Source: Leptolyngbyaceae cyanobacterium (GTDB taxonomy: Bacteria; Cyanobacteriota; Cyanobacteriia; Phormidesmidales; Phormidesmidaceae). Taken from it: a stretch of 23,653 nt of DNA. Shown in pieces: positions 1 to 9,284 of the stretch (position 1 is its first letter; each line of letters starts with the position of its first letter). A model generated the notes under the pieces. It saw nothing but the letters and a program-made list of their open reading frames with translations, was not told the DNA's origin and did not search any database. The translations under genes were made by a program, and so were the position numbers. The stretch covers positions 1-23,653 of the forward strand of contig JBHJHA010000103.1 in the NCBI GenBank assembly GCA_050331235.1, in the 5' to 3' direction.

Positions 1-277
1 TGGTGTCTAGTGACACGGTTTCGGGCAAAATCCGGGCGCTGTCGATGCCTTGACGCTGTAAGTATGTCGCCGCGGCCACTGATTCCAAGATGGGAAATCC
101 CAGAGAATCGAGGGGGGGAGGTTTATGGGTGGTGCCGGCACTCAGGGGGATGAAGAAATGTGGTTGGGGGACTAAAGCGATCGCCCCATCGAGCCGGACC
201 TGCACCCAAGGCACGAGCCCTCCCGACGGTTGCAAGCCGCCCCCTGGGATCAATACCGCATCTGCTAGACAGCTCAT
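1..277 (-). CDS. YdcF/DUF218-family protein, 5' part (runs off window start)
   Basis: Not in ORF track. Minus-strand frame from ATG at 277 is open to the edge: MSCLADAVLIPGGGLQPSGGLVPWVQVRLDGAIAL...FIPLSAGTTHKPPP...ILESVAAATYLQRQGIDSARILPETVSLDT. The DAVLIPGGG, RLDxA, ExxA..YL...GI and E.xSxDT pattern fits DUF218. Confidence 0.8.
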   Translation of the reverse strand, partial: MSCLADAVLIPGGGLQPSGGLVPWVQVRLDGAIALVPQPHFFIPLSAGTTHKPPPLDSLGFPILESVAAATYLQRQGIDSARILPETVSLDT

Positions 278-354
278 ACCGGCTCCCAACTCAACGTATT
301 ATCCAAATTAGCCTTTCCACTTCACTTGACCGACGCGTGGGTTGCCATTACTGC

Positions 355-1215
355 CTATGCTAGCTCTTGTCCGACCGGTACCCGCGGATAGGCAATCTGA
401 TGGCGAGCACAGGCTCGTTTGACTTGAATGGCTAAATCAGTTTTGTAGACAAACTCGTCGCGGGCATCCATGGGATAAGCCTTGAGCTTGAGGTGAGTAG
501 CCCAGGGTTTCTCTAATACAATGACCACTACTGGTAGCTTGAGTTGGGTGTAGCGACTGCTGTAAGCCGCCTGATACAGCAGCCTGACCACGAGTTCGAT
601 ATCTGCTTGGTGCGAAAAGTAAAAGTCAGTGACCACTTGGGCTTCTAAATGACCACTGTTGGCATTGGCGATGGGCTCGGTCCAGGCAATATTGTGAGGA
701 ATCGTCACGGCATCGTCTGTGGGCGTTCTCAGACGAAATTCCCGTAGACCGTAGGCCACCACTTCACCATAATGATCGCCTACACGGACGCGATCGCCTA
801 CCCGCAGAGACCCTTCAAAGAGGGTGACAATCCCGGCGATTACTGAGCTGACATAGTCTTTAAAGGCAAATCCCAAGGCGACGGCAATGGTGCCAGTTAG
901 GGCAATCAGGTTCGACCCGGTCAAGTTGACAAACAACTGCGCGATCCGGGCACTGGCGATAATCAACACCGCTGCCTTCAAAAAAGGGACAGATTGCTTG
1001 ATTACTAACCGAAAGCGCCGGGGCACTTTTTCCGAAATTCCAGAGGTGGCATTTTTGATGGCTAGGAGCAGCCCGTAGGCGATCACGATGACGATCACCG
1101 CTTGGATGAAGGCTTGCAGATTTGGCTCTTTAAAGAGTTTCTCTAGCCGATCTTGCTCGGGTAACACGTCTTGGGCCAACAGCCAAGCCGGACGAATCAG
1201 ATGGAGATGTATCAT
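355..1215 (-). CDS. Small-conductance mechanosensitive channel (MscS family)
   Basis: Three hydrophobic N-terminal segments, then ALGFAFKDYVSSVIAGIVTLFE..LRVGDRVRVG..YGEV....LR...T.D...VTIP, the MscS signature. ATG at 1215 is preferred over the TTG at 1230, which overlaps the upstream stop. Confidence 0.9.
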   Translation of the reverse strand: MIHLHLIRPAWLLAQDVLPEQDRLEKLFKEPNLQAFIQAVIVIVIAYGLLLAIKNATSGISEKVPRRFRLVIKQSVPFLKAAVLIIASARIAQLFVNLTGSNLIALTGTIAVALGFAFKDYVSSVIAGIVTLFEGSLRVGDRVRVGDHYGEVVAYGLREFRLRTPTDDAVTIPHNIAWTEPIANANSGHLEAQVVTDFYFSHQADIELVVRLLYQAAYSSRYTQLKLPVVVIVLEKPWATHLKLKAYPMDARDEFVYKTDLAIQVKRACARHQIAYPRVPVGQELA

Positions 1216-1222
1216 ATCGGGC

Positions 1223-2419
1223 TTACCCAATCAAAAAATTGTTATTGCCGAGCTCCCGGTAAATTTTGGGGTAGTGGGCCGGGTGCACCCGGAGCCGTCT
1301 GCCCCGCTGAATAACGATACCTTCTCGGTGCAAAACCTGGGCCCGCGATCGCACAACGCGCTCATCTTCACCTAAGGCATAGGCTAAATGGGCCTGCGTC
1401 ATTTCCCCGTGGACCAATAATTCATGTAATAAGTAACGATCTAAGTTCTCGAGACTCATCAAATGCGGCAACGTCGGCTGGGCGGCCACTAAGTTGATGG
1501 TGTGGACCTCTGCCGGCAACGCTCCCTCTGGGGTTAAATCCTTGGCGTCGATGCGCAGCGTGCGCAGCCACAGAGAAGCCGCTGTCGTGGCATTGCCCTT
1601 GGCCAATGCGGTTAGCGTTTCCCAATAGGTCTCTTTTTCGCTGGTGATATGCAACTGTAATGGCGTTCCATCCGGCTGCTCAATTTCAAGGTCGAACAAA
1701 GGCTGCAGCCAGGTGGCGATGTCTTCACCTTTGAGTTCCGGCAGGGCTACTGTTTGGTCAAGATAGGCACTCACCTGACAGACCTTGTCTAAAAAAATCC
1801 AAGCCCAGTCGTTGCTGCCAAATACCCAAAACCGAGCGGTATCTCGACTCACCAACCGCTGTAAATGTTCGATGCCTTCCCAACCCTCAATACAACGCAG
1901 AAAACATTCATCCAAGTTTGGGACAACCATGATCGTCGATATGGTCTCGTGGAGCTCGGCTTCCGTCATGGGGACGGCAGCGTGGTCGTTTTCTGGCGAA
2001 GTTGCTCGGGCAAGCTCGCGCTGTAAGTGGTTGGTAATCGCGATCGGGTCGTCAGAACGGTGATAACCACTTAGGAGAAACCTGACATGGCAATCGAGCA
2101 AATAGTCCTCCAAGCTGGCTTTGATGTGGCTGGCGATCGCCTCAATCGGAGTACTCAAAGCGACCAGGCAGTTACTGGTGACTTCGGGATTTGCCTGCCA
2201 AGCTTGGATCGCCTCACGGACCGATAGCTGTAGTGCTTTTTGATAGCGCTCAGGAGTCGGGAGCGAGGCGATATGTTGATTGAGGGATTGGGTCAAGCCA
2301 GCGGGCAGCGGCGCAAGGTGATCGTCGTCATCCACCGCCGCCGCTGTCGTCGACCACTGCTGTGTCAACCATTGAGGCAGGGACCGCAGCATCTTCGAAA
2401 ATTGCTTGGTCACTGCCAC
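1223..2419 (-). CDS. Hypothetical protein; degenerate ATPase-like core with C-terminal winged HTH, upstream of mscS
   Basis: 398-aa ORF ending 7 nt before the mscS ATG. C-terminus LLHELLVHGEMTQAHLAYALGEDERVVRSRAQVLHREGIV looks like a MarR-type wHTH. No intact Walker A. Confidence 0.7.
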   Translation of the reverse strand: MAVTKQFSKMLRSLPQWLTQQWSTTAAAVDDDDHLAPLPAGLTQSLNQHIASLPTPERYQKALQLSVREAIQAWQANPEVTSNCLVALSTPIEAIASHIKASLEDYLLDCHVRFLLSGYHRSDDPIAITNHLQRELARATSPENDHAAVPMTEAELHETISTIMVVPNLDECFLRCIEGWEGIEHLQRLVSRDTARFWVFGSNDWAWIFLDKVCQVSAYLDQTVALPELKGEDIATWLQPLFDLEIEQPDGTPLQLHITSEKETYWETLTALAKGNATTAASLWLRTLRIDAKDLTPEGALPAEVHTINLVAAQPTLPHLMSLENLDRYLLHELLVHGEMTQAHLAYALGEDERVVRSRAQVLHREGIVIQRGRRLRVHPAHYPKIYRELGNNNFLIG

Positions 2420-2705
2420 TCCCTCTAAAAACGGTTGCTTAATATCCTAAGGTCAACTTTCCCCAACAACATAGACCACTGTTGATTCTTGGTCAGTCGG
2501 CTCTCCCGCTTCAGCCATATCCCGAAGCGGATACCCCTTTTCCAGGCACTACAAATGGACAGGGCAAATGCTGCTTATTCCACCCGTTTGTGGGGAGGGT
2601 GGGACGCCGCTGCTAATCGCCTCAGTCGGGCCGGTACCATTCGCTTAAGTCGATGAAGCGGAGTGAGCAATGACCCAACTAGCCCCAATTTATAACTTTG
2701 ATAGA

Positions 2706-2734
2706 TTGAGTTCGCTGCTCAATAGCAGTATATT
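2706..2734 (+). promoter_or_regulatory. Putative sigma70-type promoter for the leader/small ORF unit
   Basis: TTGAGT (2706-2711), 17-nt spacer, TATATT (2729-2734). Inverted repeat ATTGAG-N7-CTCAAT (2705-2723) overlaps the -35. Confidence 0.45.
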
Positions 2735-2791
2735 AAGAAATACAAAGGTGCTTTCCCCGAGGGTATCGGAGAGGTGCTTCATAGTGATGAT

Positions 2792-2838
2792 TGCCAGGGT
2801 GGTCTCGCGAAGTTTCGTCGACAAATCCTGGCATTTTT
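2792..2838 (+). terminator. Terminator-like hairpin just upstream of the small ORF
   Basis: TGCCAGGGT (2792-2800) pairs with ATCCTGGCA (2825-2833), with inner GTC/GAC pairing, followed by TTTTT. Confidence 0.45.
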
Positions 2839-2857
2839 GTCGTAATGGTGACTAGAC

Positions 2858-2995
2858 ATGGCCAACAAAGAACAAATTCAAAAACATCTATCGCTCAGCT
2901 CTAACATTAAACTCAGCGACAAGGTACCCGACGAGAAGAGCGATGCAGCGCGCAAAGCCCGCATCATGGAGCATATTCAGCGCAGTCGCGGTTAG
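2858..2995 (+). CDS. Small hypothetical protein, 45 aa, internally duplicated motif
   Basis: [50 protein letters not shown] lies 6 nt before the ATG. Two copies of KxxIxxH[LI]xxS. Below the ORF-track cutoff. Confidence 0.7.
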   Translation: MANKEQIQKHLSLSSNIKLSDKVPDEKSDAARKARIMEHIQRSRG

Positions 2996-4194
2996 AGATA
3001 CGCCATCGGGTTTACGGGCGAGCCGTTTTGTCGTACCTCAAAATGGAGGTGTGGCCCGGTGGATAACCCCGTTGAGCCCACCGCTGCGATCGCCTGACCT
3101 TGGCTGACCGATTGGCCCACTCGGACAAACAACCGGCTGCTATGGGCATACAAAGTAGTGATGCCGCCGCCGTGATCAACGATGACGGTGTTGCCATAGC
3201 CGCCGTACCAGCCAGCGTAAATGACCCGTCCAGAGTCGGCAGCGTAAATCGTTGTCCCTGAGGGAGCCCCGAAGTCTACTCCGGAGTGCAGGCGAGACGT
3301 GCCCAAGATGGGATGGCGACGATAGCCAAAACCGCTAGTCACTCGGCCATTAACCGGTAGCGCAAATACCCCAGTCCCACGAACAAAACCCGTTGAAGCC
3401 GCCACCTTTTGGCGAATGAGGGCCGCAATCTCTTCTGAGTCCCTAGCTAACTGGGCTTGGGCAGCCTCCAAAGCAGCTTTATCGTTCTGCAAACGACTAA
3501 TTAGCTGCTCTTGCTGGACGGCTTCAGCTTCATACTGTTGCTTTTTAGCCAGCAACTCCTGACGGAGCAGTGAAACCCGCGTTTTTTGCGATTCCACTAC
3601 GGCTCTCTGGGCTTTGATGTCGTCCGCCTTTGCTTTGAGATCGACCAATACATTGCGATCGGCGTCGTACACTCGTCGCAACTGGTAGCGCCGGTCAAGA
3701 AATTCATTAAAGTTTTCGCTCTGTAGCAGTACGGCCCAGCCTTCGCCACCCTGCTGCCGTTGCAAAAACTGGAGGCGGCCAACAGCTGCCCGCCGCACAT
3801 CTTCATAGGCCGCCTCGGCTTTTAGGAGGTCAGCTTCGAGGGCTTCTAATTCTCGTTGGGCTTTAGCAAGGCGAAACTCTGTTTCAGCAATTTGATCCGC
3901 CGTGGCCGCAATCGTATTTTCCAATGAGTCCAAACTTTGCTCAGCTTGATTCGTTTGCCGCTGGAGCTGTTCGGTTTGCTGCTCTAAATCTTGGCGCTTT
4001 TGGTCTACTGTTTGCTTTTGCTGCTGGAGATCTTCTAGGGATTGGGCCAGTAATAGCGCCGGCTCACTGGCCTTGACAGGCGTATGCACGATCAGGCTAT
4101 GACAAAGAACGATCGCGATCGCCAACACAAGACTGCCGATCAGCCAACGCCTCTGTCGGACCCTTGGGGTCTGTTGTATCGGAAGTCTTGCCAT
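2992..4194 (-). CDS. M23-family peptidase with long coiled coil (EnvC-like murein hydrolase activator architecture)
   Basis: N-terminal TM/signal segment, Q/E/A-rich coiled coil, and a C-terminal LytM domain with intact HSGVD (HxxxD) and HLH (HxH) zinc motifs. Confidence 0.92.
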   Translation of the reverse strand: MARLPIQQTPRVRQRRWLIGSLVLAIAIVLCHSLIVHTPVKASEPALLLAQSLEDLQQQKQTVDQKRQDLEQQTEQLQRQTNQAEQSLDSLENTIAATADQIAETEFRLAKAQRELEALEADLLKAEAAYEDVRRAAVGRLQFLQRQQGGEGWAVLLQSENFNEFLDRRYQLRRVYDADRNVLVDLKAKADDIKAQRAVVESQKTRVSLLRQELLAKKQQYEAEAVQQEQLISRLQNDKAALEAAQAQLARDSEEIAALIRQKVAASTGFVRGTGVFALPVNGRVTSGFGYRRHPILGTSRLHSGVDFGAPSGTTIYAADSGRVIYAGWYGGYGNTVIVDHGGGITTLYAHSSRLFVRVGQSVSQGQAIAAVGSTGLSTGPHLHFEVRQNGSPVNPMAYL

Positions 4195-4448
4195 GCTTAC
4201 ATCTTTTCCTATCGCCGGTCGCAGCTGGCCCCGTAGCCTTCGTAAGTTGAATCACCGCATTCTATCGATGAAGCGGTGATCGCGCTAACGTCTGTGCCAG
4301 TGTCGGTTGGATGGCTTTACTGATGACCAGACCACCGCCCGACGAAGACGTCGACTACGCCACATGTAGAGTGATCGCAGCAAAACTCTACTACAGACAG
4401 TGGAAAATTGTGCACGATGTAAACAATTGGCAAAATAGCCCCCCGACT

Positions 4449-4874
4449 TCAAGTTACCTGGCAGCGATCGCATAAACCGCTTACCGTCACTTCGTAGCTA
4501 TCCGCCCGAAGACCAGGCCGCAAAGGAGACTGGACGATCGCCTCAAAGGTCTGCCACGGAATATCTTCGATTTGACCACACTGGCGACAGCGAAAATGAT
4601 GATGGGGATCAACGTTGGCGTCGTATCGCAACACCCCTTCTTCCAACAAAACTTCCCGGACCAAGCCTACCTCTCGTAAGGCCTGTAGTGAGTTGTAGAC
4701 CGTCGCCTGGGATGAAACTGGCCCCGATTGATTCAGCTCTGCCAGCAATAATTCCACCGTTGGATGGTCCTTGCGTCCCAGCAGATTAGCAAACACCGCA
4801 AATCGCTGAGGCGTTACTCTCAAACCTCGCGCTTTAAGCATGTCGACGATTGCATCTGCGGTCAAAGTGCTCAT
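4449..4874 (-). CDS. perR: Fur-family peroxide-stress regulator PerR
   Basis: GLRVTPQR, HPT, ATVYNSL, RYD...HHHFRCRQCG...CDRC. Divergent from a peroxiredoxin. Start set at ATG 4874 (MSTLTAD). Confidence 0.85.
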   Translation of the reverse strand: MSTLTADAIVDMLKARGLRVTPQRFAVFANLLGRKDHPTVELLLAELNQSGPVSSQATVYNSLQALREVGLVREVLLEEGVLRYDANVDPHHHFRCRQCGQIEDIPWQTFEAIVQSPLRPGLRADSYEVTVSGLCDRCQVT

Positions 4875-5013
4875 AATTCGTTGCGATTGCCTCCTAAAAC
4901 CTATTTTGACCCACTCCCCTAATTGCTCTGGACCTGCCTGTGACACCTCAGTCGCCAACCAAGATTGTCAGGCAGCATACAAACATGAAAGTCTGGGTTG
5001 TTACTTTTCTAGT

Positions 5014-5028
5014 TTAGAATTATTCTAA
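5014..5028. promoter_or_regulatory. Per box (PerR operator)
   Basis: Perfect 7-1-7 inverted repeat TTAGAAT-T-ATTCTAA between perR and the peroxiredoxin, close to the TTATAATnATTATAA consensus. Confidence 0.8.
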
Positions 5029-5108
5029 CTTTAGAGCCAGTCAAAATTAATAGTTGTTTAATATAGGCTGTGCTCTGGAGATTCGTAGTATTAGGAGTCA
5101 CGAGGTTT

Positions 5109-5681
5109 ATGCCTGTAATCGAACGCGTACCCAACGTAGTATTCAAGACTCGAGTTCGCGATGAGTCTGTTGAAGGTCCTAACCCCTTTCGTTGGCAAGA
5201 CCTAACCACAGAAGACATCTTCGGTGGCAAAAAGGTTATTGTGTTTTCCTTGCCCGGTGCGTTTACGCCGACCTGTTCTTCTAACCACCTGCCCCGCTAT
5301 GAAGAGCTCTATGAAGAGTTCAAGGCGCAGGGCGTTGACAGCATTATCTGTGTGTCTGTGAACGACGCGTTTGTGATGTTCCAGTGGGGTAAGCAACAAG
5401 GTGCCAACAATGTCTTCCTGTTGCCTGATGGCAACGGCGAGTTCACCCGCAAAATGGGCATGCTCGTCGAAAAGAACAACCTAGGCTTTGGCATGCGTTC
5501 TTGGCGCTACTCCATGCTCGTCAACGATGGCAGCATCGAGAAAATGTTCATTGAGCCCGACTTTGGTGACAACTGTCCCACCGATCCGTTCGAGGTTTCT
5601 GACGCTGACACCATGTTGGCTTACTTGAAGGGGTCTGACGCGCCTGGTGTTTCTGAACCTCGCAAAGAGTTTGTTGGCTAA
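5109..5681 (+). CDS. Type II (Prx5-like) peroxiredoxin
   Basis: [41 protein letters not shown] 5109 is preceded by AGGAG/GAGG. Confidence 0.95.
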   Translation: MPVIERVPNVVFKTRVRDESVEGPNPFRWQDLTTEDIFGGKKVIVFSLPGAFTPTCSSNHLPRYEELYEEFKAQGVDSIICVSVNDAFVMFQWGKQQGANNVFLLPDGNGEFTRKMGMLVEKNNLGFGMRSWRYSMLVNDGSIEKMFIEPDFGDNCPTDPFEVSDADTMLAYLKGSDAPGVSEPRKEFVG

Positions 5682-5698
5682 GCCAATTGGCCAGTGAC

Positions 5699-5743
5699 AT
5701 TAGAGGCGGTAACCCGTAATGCGTTGCCGCCTCTAATATTTTT
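5699..5743 (+). terminator. Intrinsic terminator after the peroxiredoxin
   Basis: 15-bp stem ATTAGAGGCGGTAAC / GTTGCCGCCTCTAAT (one G-U), then ATTTTT. Confidence 0.75.
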
Positions 5744-6299
5744 AGTGTGATATTAGAGCGCAGCAAACGTGTTGCTGCCAAGCGATGAAATTCCTGTTTT
5801 TATCTTTATGAAGAGTTGATTAGCGAACAATTGGGCCGAGCCAATTGCAGAAACAACTCAATTCTGGGGCCAATACCCTAAGTATGGCTACCCGGGTAAG
5901 GCAACAGTTGGATGTCTGCTGATCATTCTGTCCACTGCCGAGGAGTCAGAGATTGCAATGAGCCCTGCCCTATGTGCTCGATAAGATAGGAGAGTGAGGA
6001 ACGTTATTAGAGAGGACTTGCATGCTCAATGGGATTGCTGTGGGTTGATTGTTTCTCCGACATCATCGCCTCCTACATCGAAGGCAAAGAGGGGAAATCT
6101 GACCCTACTACTACCCATAGCGTATGCCGTCATTAGGTTGCGCAAGTCTTGTAAATATGCCATGGTTGCTCGATCACAACTGACATCTAAGCTATGTAGC
6201 CTGCTGATCGTCTTCGCCGCTACTCCCCTTGAGTTTTAGGTTGATGATTGCTGGAGTTGCAGCGCAGCCATTTTGATGAAGATATACGGAGAGATATCA

Positions 6300-7655
6300 A
6301 TGAGCTACGACTTCGACTTATTTGTAATTGGTGGCGGTTCAGGGGGCATTTCTTCTGCTCGTAGGGCAGCACAGTATGGCGCCAAGGTGGGGATCGCCGA
6401 GTCCTGGACCTTGGGAGGGACTTGTGTCAACCGCGGCTGTGTGCCGAAGAAGCTGATGATGTACGCATCGCGGTTTCCTGAGCAATTTTTAGCTTCCCAA
6501 GGGTATGGGTGGGGGCAGACTGACGCAAAATTTGACTGGAATTACCTCATTACGGCCATTGATAAAGAGCTTAAGCGTTTGAATGGCATTTATGAAGGCA
6601 TGCTGGATAAGGCCAATGTCCAGGTATTTCCCCACTATGCTAGTTTCCTGGATGCCCATACGTTGGATGTGGGAGGTGAAAAGATTACTGCCGACAAAAT
6701 TCTCATTGCGGTGGGTGGTGTGCCAGTGCGGCCACCGATTCCAGGTATTGAGTATGCGATTACCTCTGATGATATTTTTCACTTACAAACACAGCCGCGG
6801 AAGGCAGTGATTTTAGGCGGTGGCTATATCGGCTGTGAGTTTGCCTGTATTTTGCACGGCTTAGGTACTGAGGTGACGCAAATCATTCGCGGCAACAAAA
6901 TTTTGCGTGGTTTTGATGAAGATATTCGCGACGAGATTCAGCGACAGATGGAAGAAGCGGGTATCGAAATTTTGACGGGTACCAACATTAAGCACATTGC
7001 CGAAACCGAGGCTGGCGATGTTGATGTCTGTGTGTCTGTGGGTGGTCATACAGAGCATTTGTTAGCTGATGTCGTTAGTTTGGCAGCGCTAGGTCGGAAG
7101 CCCAATGTTGAAAAGCTGGGGCTTGAAAATACCCAGGTGGAACTGGCCGCTGGGGCGATCGCGGTCGATCAGTTTAACCTCACGGCAGAACCCAATATCT
7201 TTGCTGTGGGCGATGTCACCGACAAGGTCAACCTGACTCCAGTCGCTATATCTGAGGGGCGGGCTTTTGCCGATACGCAATTTGGTGGTCAATCTCGCAC
7301 TATGAGCTACGACAGTATTCCTACCGCTGTGTTTACGTCACCAGAGGCGGCCACGGTTGGCCTGACGGAGGCTGAGGCGATCGCTCAGTACGGCGAAGCG
7401 GGAATTAAGGTATATCGCTCTAAGTTTCGCCCTATGTTTTACACGCTGCCTAATATTCAAACAAAGACGCTTATGAAGCTAATTGTACATGTGGAGAGCG
7501 ATCTCGTCCTAGGCGCGCATATGGTTGGCGATGATGCGGCAGAAATTATTCAAGGCGTGGCGATCGCCCTTAAGAGCGGTGCGACTAAAGCCAACTTCGA
7601 CGCTACAGTAGGCGTCCATCCCAGCGCAGGCGAAGAGTTTGTCACCATGCGCTGA
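6300..7655 (+). CDS. gor: Glutathione-disulfide reductase
   Basis: GGGSGG FAD motif, GGTCVNRGCVPKK redox disulfide, GGGYIG NADPH motif, C-terminal HP..EEFVTMR. ATG 6300 follows GGAGAG. Confidence 0.95.
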   Translation: MSYDFDLFVIGGGSGGISSARRAAQYGAKVGIAESWTLGGTCVNRGCVPKKLMMYASRFPEQFLASQGYGWGQTDAKFDWNYLITAIDKELKRLNGIYEGMLDKANVQVFPHYASFLDAHTLDVGGEKITADKILIAVGGVPVRPPIPGIEYAITSDDIFHLQTQPRKAVILGGGYIGCEFACILHGLGTEVTQIIRGNKILRGFDEDIRDEIQRQMEEAGIEILTGTNIKHIAETEAGDVDVCVSVGGHTEHLLADVVSLAALGRKPNVEKLGLENTQVELAAGAIAVDQFNLTAEPNIFAVGDVTDKVNLTPVAISEGRAFADTQFGGQSRTMSYDSIPTAVFTSPEAATVGLTEAEAIAQYGEAGIKVYRSKFRPMFYTLPNIQTKTLMKLIVHVESDLVLGAHMVGDDAAEIIQGVAIALKSGATKANFDATVGVHPSAGEEFVTMR

Positions 7656-7768
7656 CGTCGCACACGGGCTTCTGAGAGCGTCAATCTGAAGCAATGCCGA
7701 GTTCTCCGTCTGTCGTAAAAATCGGAATATGGTTGTTTCGGTTATGGGGTCTGCGATCGTCGATAACT

Positions 7769-7808
7769 CAAATGCCCTGATGAACCAAACGGTTCATCAG
7801 GGCATTTG
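7769..7808. terminator. Perfect 18-bp hairpin downstream of gor
   Basis: CAAATGCCCTGATGAACC-AAAC-GGTTCATCAGGGCATTTG. Confidence 0.65.
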
Positions 7809-8064
7809 GCTCAGATAAAGCGAAGACAACAGGCTCAGTGCTGGCAATAGCTAACTTCAAACCTGGATGGGTACTCTAAAATCGCCATCCAAAACTTTGG
7901 AATTTAAAAACACTGTATATCGCTGCATCAGGCAAGTGATAGCCCGCAAGCAGATAGACGTTCTACTGTCTTTCGGTTGGCTGGGTTCAATACGCTGCCT
8001 GCCGATCTGCACCGCCCGCAAGCCAGAAGGCTTGCAATTGTAGCTACTAGGACATTGAACTAAC

Positions 8065-9138
8065 ATGACAGACCCCAAGCGTGCCCTAATTACCGGCATT
8101 ACAGGCCAAGATGGCTCGTATTTGACCGAACTACTGCTAGAGAAGGGCTACCAGGTGCACGGCATCATTCGCCGGACTTCTACTTTCAACACGGATCGTC
8201 TTGACCACGTCTATGTTGATCCCCACAAAGAAGACGCCAAAATGTTTCTACACTACGGCGATTTAAATGACGGCACTATGCTGCGCCGCATCCTCGAGGA
8301 AGTGGAGCCGGCAGAGGTGTATAACCTAGGGGCACAGTCCCATGTGCGGGTGAGCTTTGACTCACCGGAATATACCGTTGATACGGTGGCGATGGGCGCA
8401 TTGCGCTTGCTTGAGGCTATCCGTGACTATCAGCAGCGCACTGGCAATCAAGTGCGTTATTACCAAGCCGGTTCTTCGGAAATGTACGGCAAGGTTCAAG
8501 AGGTTCCGCAGACAGAAACAACGCCCTTCTATCCTCGCAGCCCCTATGCCTGTGCCAAGCTCTATGCTCACTGGCAAACGATCAACTACCGCGAGTCCTA
8601 CGATTTGTTTGCCTGTAATGGCATTTTGTTCAACCACGAGTCTCCCCGTCGCGGTGAAACATTTGTAACCCGCAAGATCACGCGGGCTGTAGCGCGTATC
8701 GTCGCAAAGCAGCAGGACAAGATCTACCTGGGTAATCTCGATTCCAAACGTGACTGGGGATACGCCAAGGATTATGTCAAAGCGATGTGGCTCATGCTGC
8801 AGCAAGAGGCGCCCGACGACTACGTTGTCGCCACCGGCGAGACTCACTCTGTACAGGAATTCCTTGAAGTCGCCTTTGGTCATGTCAACTTAAATTGGCA
8901 AGACTACGTTGAGTTTGATCCCCGCTATTTGCGACCAGCGGAGGTGGACTTGCTCATTGGTGATCCTGCTAAGGCCAAGGCCAAGCTGAAGTGGGAACCT
9001 AGCGTCACCTTCAACGAACTGGTTGAGCTCATGGTTGATTCTGACCTGGAAGCAGTAGGTGTCAGTAATGGTGCTGGCAGCGTCCATCCGGAACTGGCAA
9101 CTGTCCGCCGGACCCAGGTGCCACAGAGTATCTCATAG
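8065..9138 (+). CDS. gmd: GDP-mannose 4,6-dehydratase
   Basis: [55 protein letters not shown]. Confidence 0.97.
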   Translation: MTDPKRALITGITGQDGSYLTELLLEKGYQVHGIIRRTSTFNTDRLDHVYVDPHKEDAKMFLHYGDLNDGTMLRRILEEVEPAEVYNLGAQSHVRVSFDSPEYTVDTVAMGALRLLEAIRDYQQRTGNQVRYYQAGSSEMYGKVQEVPQTETTPFYPRSPYACAKLYAHWQTINYRESYDLFACNGILFNHESPRRGETFVTRKITRAVARIVAKQQDKIYLGNLDSKRDWGYAKDYVKAMWLMLQQEAPDDYVVATGETHSVQEFLEVAFGHVNLNWQDYVEFDPRYLRPAEVDLLIGDPAKAKAKLKWEPSVTFNELVELMVDSDLEAVGVSNGAGSVHPELATVRRTQVPQSIS

Positions 9139-9177
9139 GCAAGCCCGTTGAGATTGCCTTAACCAGTCTCGGTAAAT

Positions 9178-9215
9178 GCCTCTCAGGGAAAACGCCTTGG
9201 GGGGCTGTTTACTTT
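9178..9215 (+). terminator. Putative terminator after gmd
   Basis: GCCTCTCAGGG / CCTTGGGGGGC stem (11 bp, 3 G-U), followed by TGTTTACTTT. Confidence 0.5.
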
Positions 9216-9284
9216 AATATAGATACGAAAGAGCTTTCGCTCTGCCTTGCAGAAAGATGCAGACTTTATAGGCATACCTAACAT

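Noticed and set aside
4366..4391. GTAGAGT...ACTCTAC hairpin as a REP element
   Set aside because: Only 7 bp with an unpaired interior; no second copy in the window.
4285..4473. 62-aa minus-strand ORF after perR
   Set aside because: Overlaps the perR end, Arg/Ser-rich, no family features.
5828..5847. Palindrome CAATTGG-N6-CCAATTG in the prx-gor gap
   Set aside because: Short, matches no operator I can name, and has no promoter context I can support.
5994..6239. 81-aa ORF between the peroxiredoxin and gor
   Set aside because: No recognisable motif, odd composition, and AGGAG sits too close to the GTG start.
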